A stretch of DNA of 64,000 nt, from NCBI RefSeq assembly GCF_006345805.1, contig NC_043004.1, positions 34,658,001 through 34,722,000 on the forward strand, written 5' to 3'. Both the position numbers and the translations under genes were made by a program. The notes under the pieces were generated by a model, which worked only from the letters and a program-made list of their open reading frames with translations, searched no databases and had not been told where the DNA came from. Below, piece by piece: positions 14,101-24,960 of the stretch. Origin of the DNA: Octopus sinensis (taxonomy: Eukaryota). Within the stretch, counting starts at the first letter, position 1, and every line of letters begins with the position of its first letter.

Positions 14101-14377
14101 ACCTCAATGCCATAGCAACCAAGGTAGGCAGGTGCAGCCCACCTTAACCTTTGGGCTGGCTGGTGCCCATCCTCCTTTGCTATCATAAAGCTTTTCTGGA
14201 GCTGGATTTTCTATGGGGAGCAAACCCTTGCTTACCCCCAACCTCAGTTTCTAGACGAGTGGTCCCGAGACCAAGGTCTCTGCCATGAATTTTAAGAAAT
14301 GTGGTGGGAAACTAGCTCAAGAAGGCAAGGATGCTACTCCATGAGACCCCTTTCAGAGCCCCACTACCTCAACTGAT

Positions 14378-14515
14378 CCTTATTTTATCAACCCTGGAAG
14401 GAAAAAAAGGTGAAGTTTGCCCTGGTGGAATTTGAACTCAAAATATAAAGACAAATGAAATGTTGTTAAATATTTTGCCCAGTAGGCTAACAAGTCTGCC
14501 AGCTCACACTTTAAT
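14378..14515 (-). mobile_element. Family-A SINE, partial
   Basis: ttttatcaaccctggaagg...ggaatttgaactcaaaat...ctgccagctcac. Confidence 0.75.
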
Positions 14516-16218
14516 CATGACCTGTCATACTGAATAAGGAATAATACATTTAATCATATATTTCTGGATATGCAAAGCAAATGGTGAAGGCATGGCTGGG
14601 GTGCCTTTGGTCAATACATTTTCTCAATCTGAACTGGTCCAAGGGTCAAATTATACAAATACCAAAGCCTGGTTTTCTACTTGACAGATGTAAGAGATAT
14701 CTGGGAAAAATGACCTGTTGATTGCATCCAATCAACACATGCCCTGCGACCTCTCACCTATGACCTATGATCAAGTCGTCTCCTCAATCAAGGTTTACTT
14801 TGGGGATAAGCCTCCTCCGCATCATTATTGCTATCAATGTTGGTGGCAGCGGTGTCATAGTCATCCTCCTCCTCCTCATCATCATCATCAAAAGTCATTA
14901 TTGTTGTCATCATTTTTCGGGGTGATGATATCATCATTATTACCATTGTCATCAACATCATCATCATCATCATCATCGGCAGCAGCAGCAGCACCAGCAT
15001 AACATGAAGAACAACATTATCTACAAGAATAACAACGACACCGACTATAAAACTGGGTTATCTTCTTCAGATTTGTATAATGATGGATATGAAGATAAAT
15101 GGAAGGATTTAATTTAGATATCATTAACAACTGTCAGAGATTAACTGGGTGTTTGGCTTTGATTGTGCCATATTCCTGGCAATAGCATCTTTTAATTGTC
15201 TGCAGGCCTTCATTCAAGGGCTGTTATTAGCAAGACGTCAGTCTATTAGAGATTTTACACAAAGGCAAAGCTTAAACTCCTGTAATATTATCAGCAAAGA
15301 AAACACTTGTGGAACCAAACCATATTTGTCAACTGGATTCCCATTGCAGAAATTTTATGGTAAAGAAAAGAAAAAGAAAAAAAAAAGACTTTTCTTTTAC
15401 CTTTTGTATAGTGGTGATGGCGTCGGTCATGAAGGTTGTCATGGCGAAGGTGGTGGTGGTGGTAGTGGTGGGGTGGAATTGAGAAAACATTGTAAGACAT
15501 GTCAGCCACCGTTTCAAGCAATTCGAAGATTTAATTTATTGTAATTAAATGTAGGTTTTGACATACTTCCCTTTCAAAGCCTCCTCCTCCACCTCCTATC
15601 TTTGTGATCGCATCACATCATTTGGCTGTCTTTCAACTCATTCTGTATTTATCACTGCCTTAATTGAATTCCTTTACTTCATTACACTTGATTTCCATTC
15701 CTTCCACTACATCCCAACAAGATAGACAAAGTTTATTTCACTGGCCACGAACAAGCACAAGGCAGCTCATTTAATAAAACATTTCTTGTATTAGAGGGAT
15801 TATAAAAGACTTTAAGGTTCATTGTCACCACTGCTACTTCACCATTATTCACCATTCCCTCCCACCCACATTCTTTACCCTCTTTCTATGACTCACTCTT
15901 TCTCTCTACTATAAATATTCCTCTCTTTATTTCCCTCTTTCCTATTTAAAATTTCTCCTCCCCTCATTTTCTTAATCATTCTTTATGTTTCTCTCTCTTA
16001 CTCCACTAAATCCATACTCTCTCTCTCTCTCTCTTTCTATTGTTTTCTCTCTCTATTATCCTTTATCTCTTCCTTATAACTTTCTCTCCCTCTCACTCTC
16101 TCTTTTATCTCCTGCAACATTCTTCCCTCTTTCTCCCCCTTCACCTTCATATTCCTTTATTTGTAACATTCAACGTAGTCCCTTTGACTATTACCTTTTC
16201 TCCCCCTTTTGTACCTCC

Positions 16219-16249
<31 letters not shown>

Positions 16250-16506
16250 GACATATATATATATATACAAAGTGGAGAAAATGGGATCGAAATACTGCAA
16301 GGTAAAATAATGTACTTTTTGAAGCTGAAAACACTTTACAAAGTGTGACTCAAAGTGTCATACAACCCATCATCAGACAGACATGAGTGTTTAGAGCAAT
16401 CATGATGATGATCATCATCATCATTTAACATCCAGCTTATATGCTGGCATGGGTTGGATGGTTTCAGGATCCTGCACCTGACTTCTGTGTCTGTTTTGGC
16501 AGAGTT

Positions 16507-16541
<35 letters not shown>

Positions 16542-16542
<1 letters not shown>

Positions 16543-16837
16543 TGTTGTGTCTGGGGAGAGTCATTTTCTTTTTGTGCCTTATAATTTATCACATTCACCA
16601 GTAAAATTTCCACTTATTCCTTATTTTTGTTTTCCTAAACTTTTCGTTGCATCTTCCAACCTTTCAATAGTCATGACTTTTAGGAAAATAAAAAGAAGAA
16701 AAAAAGGGGAAATTTTACCAGTGAGTGTGTTAAATTATAAGGCACAAAATGAAAATGACTCTCCCCAGACACAACAGAATATGCTTCAACACACGAACTC
16801 ACATAAAGAAACTTGCAAGCCAAATCCCAAAACAAAA
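16542..16837. mobile_element. Fold-back element (inverted arms within 16542-16777, unpaired 60-bp tail to 16837); second copy at 47966-48207
   Basis: ctgttgtgtctggggagagtcattttc...gaaaatgactctccccagacacaacag. Both copies share the same start (ctgttgtgtct) and end (aaaacaaaa). This copy is flanked by (TA)n. Confidence 0.85.
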
Positions 16838-16975
16838 TATATATATATGCATATATGTATGTATATGTGTGTGTGTGTGCATGTATATATATATATATAT
16901 ATATACATACATTTTCACTCACATTTTCAGTTCTATTTTTCCTGTTTTCATCACCAGACACACACACACACAACA

Positions 16976-17006
<31 letters not shown>

Positions 17007-17295
17007 GTTTAACGTCCACTTTCCATGCTGGCATGGGTTGGATGGTTTGACTGAGGACTGGCAAGCCAAGTGGCTGCACCAGACTCCAATCTGTTCTGGT
17101 GAGATTTCTACAGCAGGATGCCCTTCCCAACTCTGCAGAGTGGTTGGCATAAGGAAGGGCATCCAGGAGTAAAAAACCCTGTCAAAACAGGCACAGTAGC
17201 CTAAGGTAGTTTTTCTACCTGGCCAACTTCTGTGAACCATCCTACCCATGCATGCATGGAAGATGGATGCTAAACAATGATGATGACGACGATGG
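16976..17295. mobile_element. Head-to-head pair of family-D retroposons (minus 16976-17127, plus ~17133-17295)
   Basis: (CAT)n-tttaacgtcc...ggatgcccttcc followed by gagtggttggcataaggaagggcatcc...ctaaacaatgatgatg. Confidence 0.85.
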
Positions 17296-17796
17296 TGCTG
17301 ATGTATATATATTGATATTTTCTTCCATCTCATTACACTATTTTTCTGTCATTTGCATTTTATTTCTCTCTTTTTCTTTCATGCATGCTCTCTTTCTCAT
17401 TTCCTTCTCTTTCCTCCTTCCCTCAATCTCTGTTCCTCTCACTCTGTCCCATCCCTCTCTCTCTTTCTCTCTCACTCACTCAATCTCTTTCTCTTGATCC
17501 TTTCCCTCCCATTTTCTTCCCCGCTTTTCTCATGATAGCCATCAATCAGCTAAAGCTTCCGTATCCCTCTCATCACAATCAGATAAAACAGTATTTTTAA
17601 GAGATTACCAATAAGCACCTTATGGATTGGAATTCCTTAATCAGGTAGCAAAACAATAAAGATGTAGAGAGTTTGGTCTCTACCACTGAATGGTACCCCA
17701 AGTATTGATGCAGCCATATATTTCTATGAGTAGTCTTTGAAGAATATGCAACACACTGTTTATTTTATTTGCAACATTTCTTGGAAAAACTGCTTG

Positions 17797-17911
17797 TCTG
17801 TGTGTGTGTGTGTGTGTGTATGAATATACATATACATATGTATGCATGTATATACATGTGGGATCCATAGTATACATATATATATATATGCGTACTATAT
17901 ACACACACATA

Positions 17912-18006
<95 letters not shown>

Positions 18007-18260
18007 ATACATGTCTATATGTATATACAGATATGTACATGTAGATGCATACATGTATCTATGAATATGTATGTATGTCTATATATTAGTAAAAAATGTA
18101 TACATACATGAGTAAATATTTGTAAATATATATGCATAAGTGTGTGTGTGTTTGTGTGTGTGAATACTCATAATGTATATATGTGCACAAGCATACACAC
18201 AGACGCACACACTACACACACACACACACACTATACACCCCCACACACACACATGTACAT
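17797..18260. repeat. Compound (TG)n/(TA)n/(CA)n microsatellite
   Basis: Seen directly. Confidence 0.95.
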
Positions 18261-18699
18261 TTTACATGATAATAAAATATCATTTGAAAGAAGCAGAATC
18301 ATTCTGCTTTTACCATAATTTGTTTCAGAAACTGCAAAATAAAAAAAAAGAATTCCTCAAAAATCTTCCACACAAAATATCTGTACTGAAATACACAAAA
18401 GGAATGTGCATATATTCCTCAAAGAACTGACAACTCAAAACACTATTCTGGTTTAGAATTTTACTCAAAATGCATGAAATATGTTTATTCATGTGAATAT
18501 AGATATTTAATGTTGCATTATGGGTAGATTCTTTGGATGCTAGAAATTGCAGATTTCAATATCGACAAAAACAGTCGGAGAAGAAAATATTTTCTGGCCA
18601 TATTGAATATGGCTGCCAGGCATTCTTTCATAATAACATCAAGTGAGCGGGCTTAGTGATAGAGAATCAGTTGCTGTTTCCCCTTTTTATATTTTCATA

Positions 18700-18945
18700 G
18701 TCATCCTCATCATCCTCATCTCGTCCTCATCACCATTTCATCCTTATCATCACCACCATCGTCGTCGTCGTCGCCATCGTCATCATCATCATCATCATCA
18801 TTGTCCTCATCACTATTTCATCCTTATCATCATCATCATCATCCTCATCTCATCCTCATCCCCCTTTCATCCTTATCATCCTTATCCTCATCATCATCAT
18901 CATCATCGTCGTCGTCGTCGTCATCATCATCATCATCATCATCTA
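18700..18945. repeat. Degenerate (CAT)n/(CGT)n trinucleotide array
   Basis: Seen directly, with internally duplicated subunits (tttcatccttatcatc recurs). Confidence 0.95.
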
Positions 18946-19256
18946 CATAATCAATGTTACCAATGATTTTTATATCTGTTTTTTGGTTTATGATGTCATG
19001 ATTTGGACAAGTCTGCAGCAGAATATAAAGCTTATCGCACCAACTTTGTGTGAGAATGGTCAAACAGTCTCAGACTTGACCCTACCACTTCTTCTTAGAT
19101 ATTCCTTACTCTAATTCTCTCTCTCTCTTTCTCTCTCTTATGTCACCTATTTTGTCTAATTAGATTTCATCATCACCATCACCACCACTACCACCACCAT
19201 TGTCATCATCATCACTTAAAGTTTGCTTCCATGCAGGCATTGATGGCATGGTATGA

Positions 19257-19489
19257 AAGGTGGCAAGCTGGCAGAAACGTTAGCACACCGGGCGAAATGC
19301 TTAGCGGTATTTCGTCTGCCGTTACGTTGTGAGTTCAGATTCCACTGAGGTCGACTTTGCCTTTTACCCCTTCGGGGTCGATAAATTAAGTACCAGTTGT
19401 GCACTGAGGTCGATGTAATCGACTTAATACCTATGTCTGTCCTTGTTTGTCCCCTCTGTGTTTAGCCCCTTGTGGGTAGTAAAGAAATA
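19257..19489 (+). mobile_element. Family-A tRNA-derived SINE (Deu/Nin-like core), full length, TSD ggtatga
   Basis: A box tggcagaaacgttagc, B box gagttcagattcc, core gccttttaccccttcggggtcgataaattaagtaccag. ggtatga is duplicated at 19250-19256 and 19490-19496. Nested in a minus-strand family-D/RTE 3' UTR remnant (~19205-20030). Confidence 0.93.
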
Positions 19490-20162
19490 GGTATGATGGG
19501 ATCCAATGCCCTTTTCAAAGTCAGCCACCTTACCAAGTGTAACTAACTGCCAAATTTCACGGCACCAGCACCACTGATGTCACCAAGAAACTTGAAAGAC
19601 AAAGGAAGAATAAGACATTTTGACTGGAAGAGGTTTTAGTAAAGAGTGGAGTGGGGGGGGTCTAGGATTTATGCCAAGTGTTGAGTCTAATTTATGAAAA
19701 AGGAAATAGGCTGCAGGTGTCTTGTTACTCCTTATGACATAAGAGTGGATGGAAGCAGATATGAAGAAGGCAATGAGATGTCAGAGTGTACTCTCAAAAT
19801 ACAGGAGGGAAAATATCAGAGAGAATATGGACTTTATGAAGGGTGAGTGGGTAAGGTCCTAAGAGTGTAAGATGAGGGGTGATAGGTTGGTTAGAGATGG
19901 GGCTGGGGGGCAGAGGTGATTATGACAAATGGACCAAGAATGAATATGTGATGGATGGTAAATATGGTGTGGTGGGGAGCTGAAAGAATCACGAGGAGAT
20001 GATAAGTAGCAACAACAGGAAGGATCAAGAGACGTTTTTAATTTTTTGCCTCATTTTGGTATTAATTTATAGGAGCAGAAAACAGTGCTATATTTAAGGG
20101 ATGAGGAATTATGTACATTATTTACATTTGACGAGTATTTGTCCTCATCTTGTTTGTTGTTA

Positions 20163-20206
20163 ACACAACGTTTCAGCTGATATACCCTCCAGCCTTCATC
20201 AGGTGT
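20163..20206 (-). ncRNA. Minimal hammerhead ribozyme motif
   Basis: Minus strand: acac-CTGATGA-a-ggctgg(agggtata)tcagct-GAAA-CGTT-gtgt. Helix I is acac/gtgt and helix III is the palindrome AACGTT. The mirror copy at 20451-20495 has decayed (GAAAC to AAAAT). Confidence 0.6.
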
Positions 20207-20280
20207 CTTGGGGAAATTTCAAACCTTGGTTCTCGTTCCTAAGGTATTTTTCAATGTTATTATTATTATTATTATTATTA

Positions 20281-20318
<38 letters not shown>

Positions 20319-20351
20319 TATTATTATTATTACTGTTATTATTATTATTCA

Positions 20352-20423
20352 GGTTACTGCCTAGAATCAAACTCGGAATCTTGGGTTAGTAGCCCACGCT
20401 CTTAACCACTATGTCATATGCCC
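20352..20423 (-). other. tRNA-like Pol III promoter unit (SINE head/pseudo-tRNA) inside the fold-back element
   Basis: gggcatatgacatagtggttaagagcgtggg-CTACTAA-cccaagattccgagtttgattctaggcagtaacc. A box, anticodon-like stem-loop and B box are present, but the acceptor stem is poor. Confidence 0.75.
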
Positions 20424-21235
20424 ATGGGCATATGGTGAAATTTCTCCAAGACACCTGATGAAGGCTTGGAGGCTATATCAGCCAAAATGTTGTGTTAACA
20501 ACAAAGAAGATGAGGACAAATATCCATCAAATGTAAATAATGTAAATAATGTACATAATTCCTCATCTCTTGAACATAGAACTGTAATAAAAACTGCTTC
20601 TATATCTGTAATTCAAAACTGAATATTTAAATGCTGTTGCTAAAACAGAAAAAGTTGCAGCAAAAGTAGAATCCAATACCCTAAGACATATCACAAAGTT
20701 CTTATGATGAGTCTTATTGAGAATAAACTTTAATACTAGTGGAGAAAATATTTTAACTTAAAAAGCCAGGTTGATAAATTTGATAAGGTGTTGGGTGCGG
20801 AATACTTCAATAAACAAATCTTACAATTGTTTGTTTGAGATGTTGGTCCATCCTTACTTTTAGTTTATCAAAGATTCTAGGCACTGACACATCACTTTGA
20901 CATTTTTGAGTGAAGAATTTGAAATCACAGAAGTAGTGATTTCTTTTGAATCTGTTCATTCTGATTTTTGACAACATTTAATGTTATGAAATCAGTTTTG
21001 CGATGAAGAATAAAACCATTCTGCTCAAACCTGAAAGAGCTACCTTAAAAATAGAAAAAGTTTGATGAATAGTTTACCTGAGTAAATTGAGATTGATGAC
21101 TTCTTCCACAGCTTCAGGTGTCCATGTTGTGTATATCAAGAAATACTCCATCTCAATGAAATAACACGGTGGTCCATGGAAAAGAAGAAGCAGAGAAGTT
21201 TTTATTTATTTAGTTTCGAAAACTTAGATTCATGC

Positions 21236-21363
21236 ATTGGTGCTAGGAAGGGCATCCAGCTATAGAAACCATGTGAAATTAGATTCTAAAATGGTGCCGC
21301 TCCCTGGCTTATCAGTTTCAGTCAAAGTGTCTAACCCATGTCAGCATGGGAAGCAGATGCTAA

Positions 21364-21395
<32 letters not shown>

Positions 21396-21460
21396 GGTGG
21401 TGGTGGTGGTGGTGACAGTGGTGGCGATGATGATGATGATGATGATGATGGTGATGGATT
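21236..21460 (+). mobile_element. Family-D retroposon with extended (GAT)/(GGT) tail
   Basis: ggaagggcatccagctatagaaac...catgggaagcagatgctaaatgatgatg. Confidence 0.8.
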
Positions 21461-21769
21461 ACATTATCTGATATTAATATCATATTCGAGTCCAAGTTTC
21501 ACACACAAGGCAAAACTAGGGATTTGTTATCAAAGCATTCTTTCCTTGTTTAAGAATCACAGAAGTCGTGCATGGAAATTAGTTATCCATTATTATTAGT
21601 GAAAGCATTTTTTCTAACCTCAGAAAAAAAAAAACTAACAACAACAAGAATCCTTTGGAACCTTGTTTCCAAACCACTAAACAGGCCAACAATTATTTAA
21701 TCCAGACGACAGCATGAAAACCAAGATACAGCTTTTGCCAGATCTATTCTCAGCAGAGTTGCTTTGTTA

Positions 21770-21810
<41 letters not shown>

Positions 21811-22311
21811 TGCATGAATATGTCTGTGCTGATTCATTTGTGTTTCTTTTTTGTTCCTTTTTTCCCCTATCTTTCACTGTTACCGCCTCAATTAACACTT
21901 GCGAAAACTTCCTCTTCCATCCACCTCTCCTGCCTGCCATTTGCCTCCCTCACTCCTATTGCGATTACAACAGACACCTATAGATCCCAATAGTTACACC
22001 TGAAGCTCATGGAATTTTCACAAATTTTGCCAGTTTTATTTAATTCATAAGTGATAATGGTTATTTGGTGACTGTAATCTTTGAGGCCTACATTCTCTGT
22101 CTGCAATGGCTAAAGGCTATAGAAGGTGTGTGTCAAGATAAGCCTATCTCAGTATTTCGAGTAAAAGAGGTCAACAGGACAACCACACCCTCCATCCACC
22201 TCATACAAACTTTGTTCCTGTATGTCAGTAATTGTGAGTCAACTGAGATGCCAAGGATGATGAAGTGGAGGCAATGAAGAACATGGAACAGCCATAACCA
22301 CCAGTAGCAAT

Positions 22312-22519
22312 AGGCAGCGAGCTGGCAGAAATGTTAGCATGCTGGGTGAAATGACTATTTCGTCTGCCGTTACGTTCTGAGTTCAAATTCCGCCGAGGTC
22401 GACTTTGCCTTTCATCCTATAGGGGTCGATAAATTAAGTACCAGTTACACACTGGGGTCGATGTAATCGACTTAACCCCTTTGTCTGTCTTTGTTTGTCC
22501 GCTCTATTTTAAGCCCCTT
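22312..22519 (+). mobile_element. Family-A SINE
   Basis: ggcagcgagctggcagaaatgttagc...gagttcaaattccgccgaggtcgactttgcctttcatcc...aagcccctt. Confidence 0.92.
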
Positions 22520-22710
22520 GGCTGATATGCCCTCCAGCCTTCATCAGTTGTCTTGGGGAAATTTCACCATATGCCCATGGGCATCTGACATAGTGGTTAA
22601 GAGCGTGGGCTACTAACCCCAAGATTCCGAGTTTGATTCCAGGCAGTAACCTGAATAATAATAATAACAGAAATAATAATAATAATAACAACAACGAAAA
22701 GAAATAATAA
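22520..22710 (+). mobile_element. Partial second copy of the 20082-20585 element (arm fragment, tRNA-like head 22579-22651, (TAA)n)
   Basis: ggctgatatgccctccagccttcatcagttgtcttggggaaatttcaccatatgcccatgggcatctgacatagtggttaagagc matches the reverse complement of about 20340-20483. Confidence 0.88.
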
Positions 22711-23272
22711 CCACCAGTACCAACTTCCTCCACCACCACTTCCACATCTTCCTCTTCCCCATTCTCCTCCTCCTCCTCATCATCATCCTTATGTCATCAT
22801 AGTCGTCATCATTTTTTATGGAAGGTTCTAAACCCAATACCTACCTACCTACCAGTAAGGCAGCTTACTGAATGACAATGACAGCTGAACATATAAGAAA
22901 GTTATTTTCAGCCAATATCTACCAGTCTTAAATCTCTGGAAATGTCACCAAATTCTTACATAACCAATAATACTGGTTGCTTGCTAAAATAACTTATTTT
23001 AAAGCTTCTGTCAACAACAATACGAAAGATGGACAGTGCCAAGAGAGAAAAAAATGGTAAAGAGCGGAGAGGTTAAGGTATAAAACGATTAAGAAGAATA
23101 CTTTCTAATTCTCATTTGAGAGAATGGATTTGCTTTAAATCATTTACAAGATTTCTATTTAAATAAATCTGCAAAGAATGGAATCATTCTAATAAAAGAT
23201 TCATGATTTACATTTCACAAAAATTGAGAAATATCAAAAAGTCAGTGTAATAATAGCTGAGAAAGAGAGTGA

Positions 23273-23316
<44 letters not shown>

Positions 23317-24359
23317 GAGATAGAGAGAATGTATGTTTGCTGAAGTTGACTATAATTAAAACCTGAAGCAAAATGCCTCTATTTCCTGTTTTAAAAATGG
23401 TTTAAATGTTTCTAAATAACTCTACAGATATTGATTATTTAATCAAAATAATTTCACTTGTCGGATATATTTTAATTAATAATTAATAGTTAATTCTTCA
23501 GAAATAGCAATAATCCATAGATTCGATACTTTGTGTTACAAAAGTGGAGAAGAAACACAGACGGATTTATCCAAAGAAAATTTACCAATCTATGGCATAT
23601 AATTTTCCACAAAGTGTTTCCCTCCCTTCCTTACTTATCATTCCTTGACACCTGTTCATAGTATTCGCCCTCTTACCTATTCCCTACCTGTAATCATACA
23701 TTCAGGCAATCTTCACCCATCCACACTTCCCATTTTGTTCTCACTCAAGTTTACTCAACTAGTGCCTTGTGGAGTCACTGACACCTCGTCAATGCTGGTC
23801 TAATCTATCATTCCACTTCAACTCAGCCCACATCCATTTTTTCTTTTATAATATGAGCAACCTTGCAGCCCCTCCCCCCTACTGCAAGAAACCTGTTCTG
23901 GACCTTCTCTTTATTCTCTCTTTATCCCTGTTCTGGACCTTCTCTATTCACTTAATCCCTTCATCCCATAGCATAAGGCATGGTGAGGGAGGTTAACTTC
24001 ATACCCACCTCTCTACATAATCCTATTCTTCTGGTGTTATAAAAATAAATACTAACTATGTACCAAGAGTGATTCAATTCTCTTGCGATATCCTTCAAAG
24101 TACTGTCAGGCATAAATGGAAAAAATACTATTATTACTATCATTGAGAGAGCAATGCATGTCATCAAAGTGACACTGGGGTAAAATATATGAAGCCCAGT
24201 ATACCCATCATGACTTCTTGTCTGATCAGAGTACACCAGGCACATGCATCACGACCATATGTGCACAACATGGTGCTCAGAATTTTCTTCAGGTTGAGTA
24301 GCCCATTCTGCTCAAGAGGTCCCTGAATAAGGTTTGTTAATTATTATTATTAGAGTCCC

Positions 24360-24960
24360 CTAAAGTCGACTTTGCCTTTCACACTTTCAGGTTTGATAAA
24401 ATAAGAATCAGTTGAAGATTGGGGTTGGTTATTCAACTTACCCCACCTCTTCCAAAATTGCTGGTCTTGTATGAAATTTTGAATCCTTAAAATTTATTAT
24501 CATTAAAATGGCAAGCTAGCAAAACCATTAGTACACTGGACAATAATGTCCAATATTATGTTTTGAGTTCAAATTCCGCCAAGGTTGACTTTCTCTTTCA
24601 TCCTTCTGGGATCGATGAAATAAGGATGTGTTAAGAACTGGGACTGATGCAATGAACTTCCCTCTCACCTCAAAAACTGCCGGCCTTGTATAAAAATTTG
24701 AAACCATTACTATTACTATTGTTGTTGTGTAAGAGTCCAACCCATGCCAGCACGAAATATGGACGTTAAATGATGATAGAGAGTGGCAGGTTGGCAACTT
24801 GTTTAGAACATTTGACAAAATGTCTTTTTTCTGTTTACTTTTAACCCTTTTGCATTCTGAATTTGGATTCAGTAGACATTCATATTGTCTTTCATCATTC
24901 CAGGGGTTGATAGCTTTATTTAACTCAACCCTGAATCTGACCTTGTACCTATGGTAGAAC
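24360..24960 (+). mobile_element. Cluster of three decayed family-A SINE pieces and a family-D tail
   Basis: Core motifs (gtcgactttgcctttc, gagttcaaattccgccaagg, ctttcatcattccagggg) near 24365, 24565 and 24890. Family-D tail at 24735-24778. Confidence 0.7.

Larger units (their letters stand above)
20082..20585. mobile_element. Fold-back element with ~140-bp inverted hammerhead-bearing arms enclosing a tRNA-like unit and (TTA)n
   Basis: Arms 20082-20221 and 20436-20585 are reverse complements. The spacer holds (TTA)n, a minus-strand tRNA-like head and a 20-bp perfect palindrome. A partial second copy lies at 22520-22710. Confidence 0.85.

Noticed and set aside
14718-15544. His-, Asp- and Gly-rich ORFs resembling low-complexity proteins (also 18643-19063, 21237-21599, 35196-35748, 52672-52998)
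   Set aside because: Derived from (CAT)n/(CAC)n/(GGT)n tracts and retroposon tails, with no splice or domain support.
20600-21200. Possible highly decayed minus-strand mariner-like transposase (TPEAVEEV...)
   Set aside because: Too degenerate to recover catalytic motifs or TIRs by eye.
22579-22651. Possible tRNA gene with anticodon ACT (Ser)
   Set aside because: Acceptor and T stems pair poorly, there is no long variable arm as expected for tRNA-Ser, an (AAT)n tail follows, and it sits in a repeated element. Treated as a tRNA-derived head.
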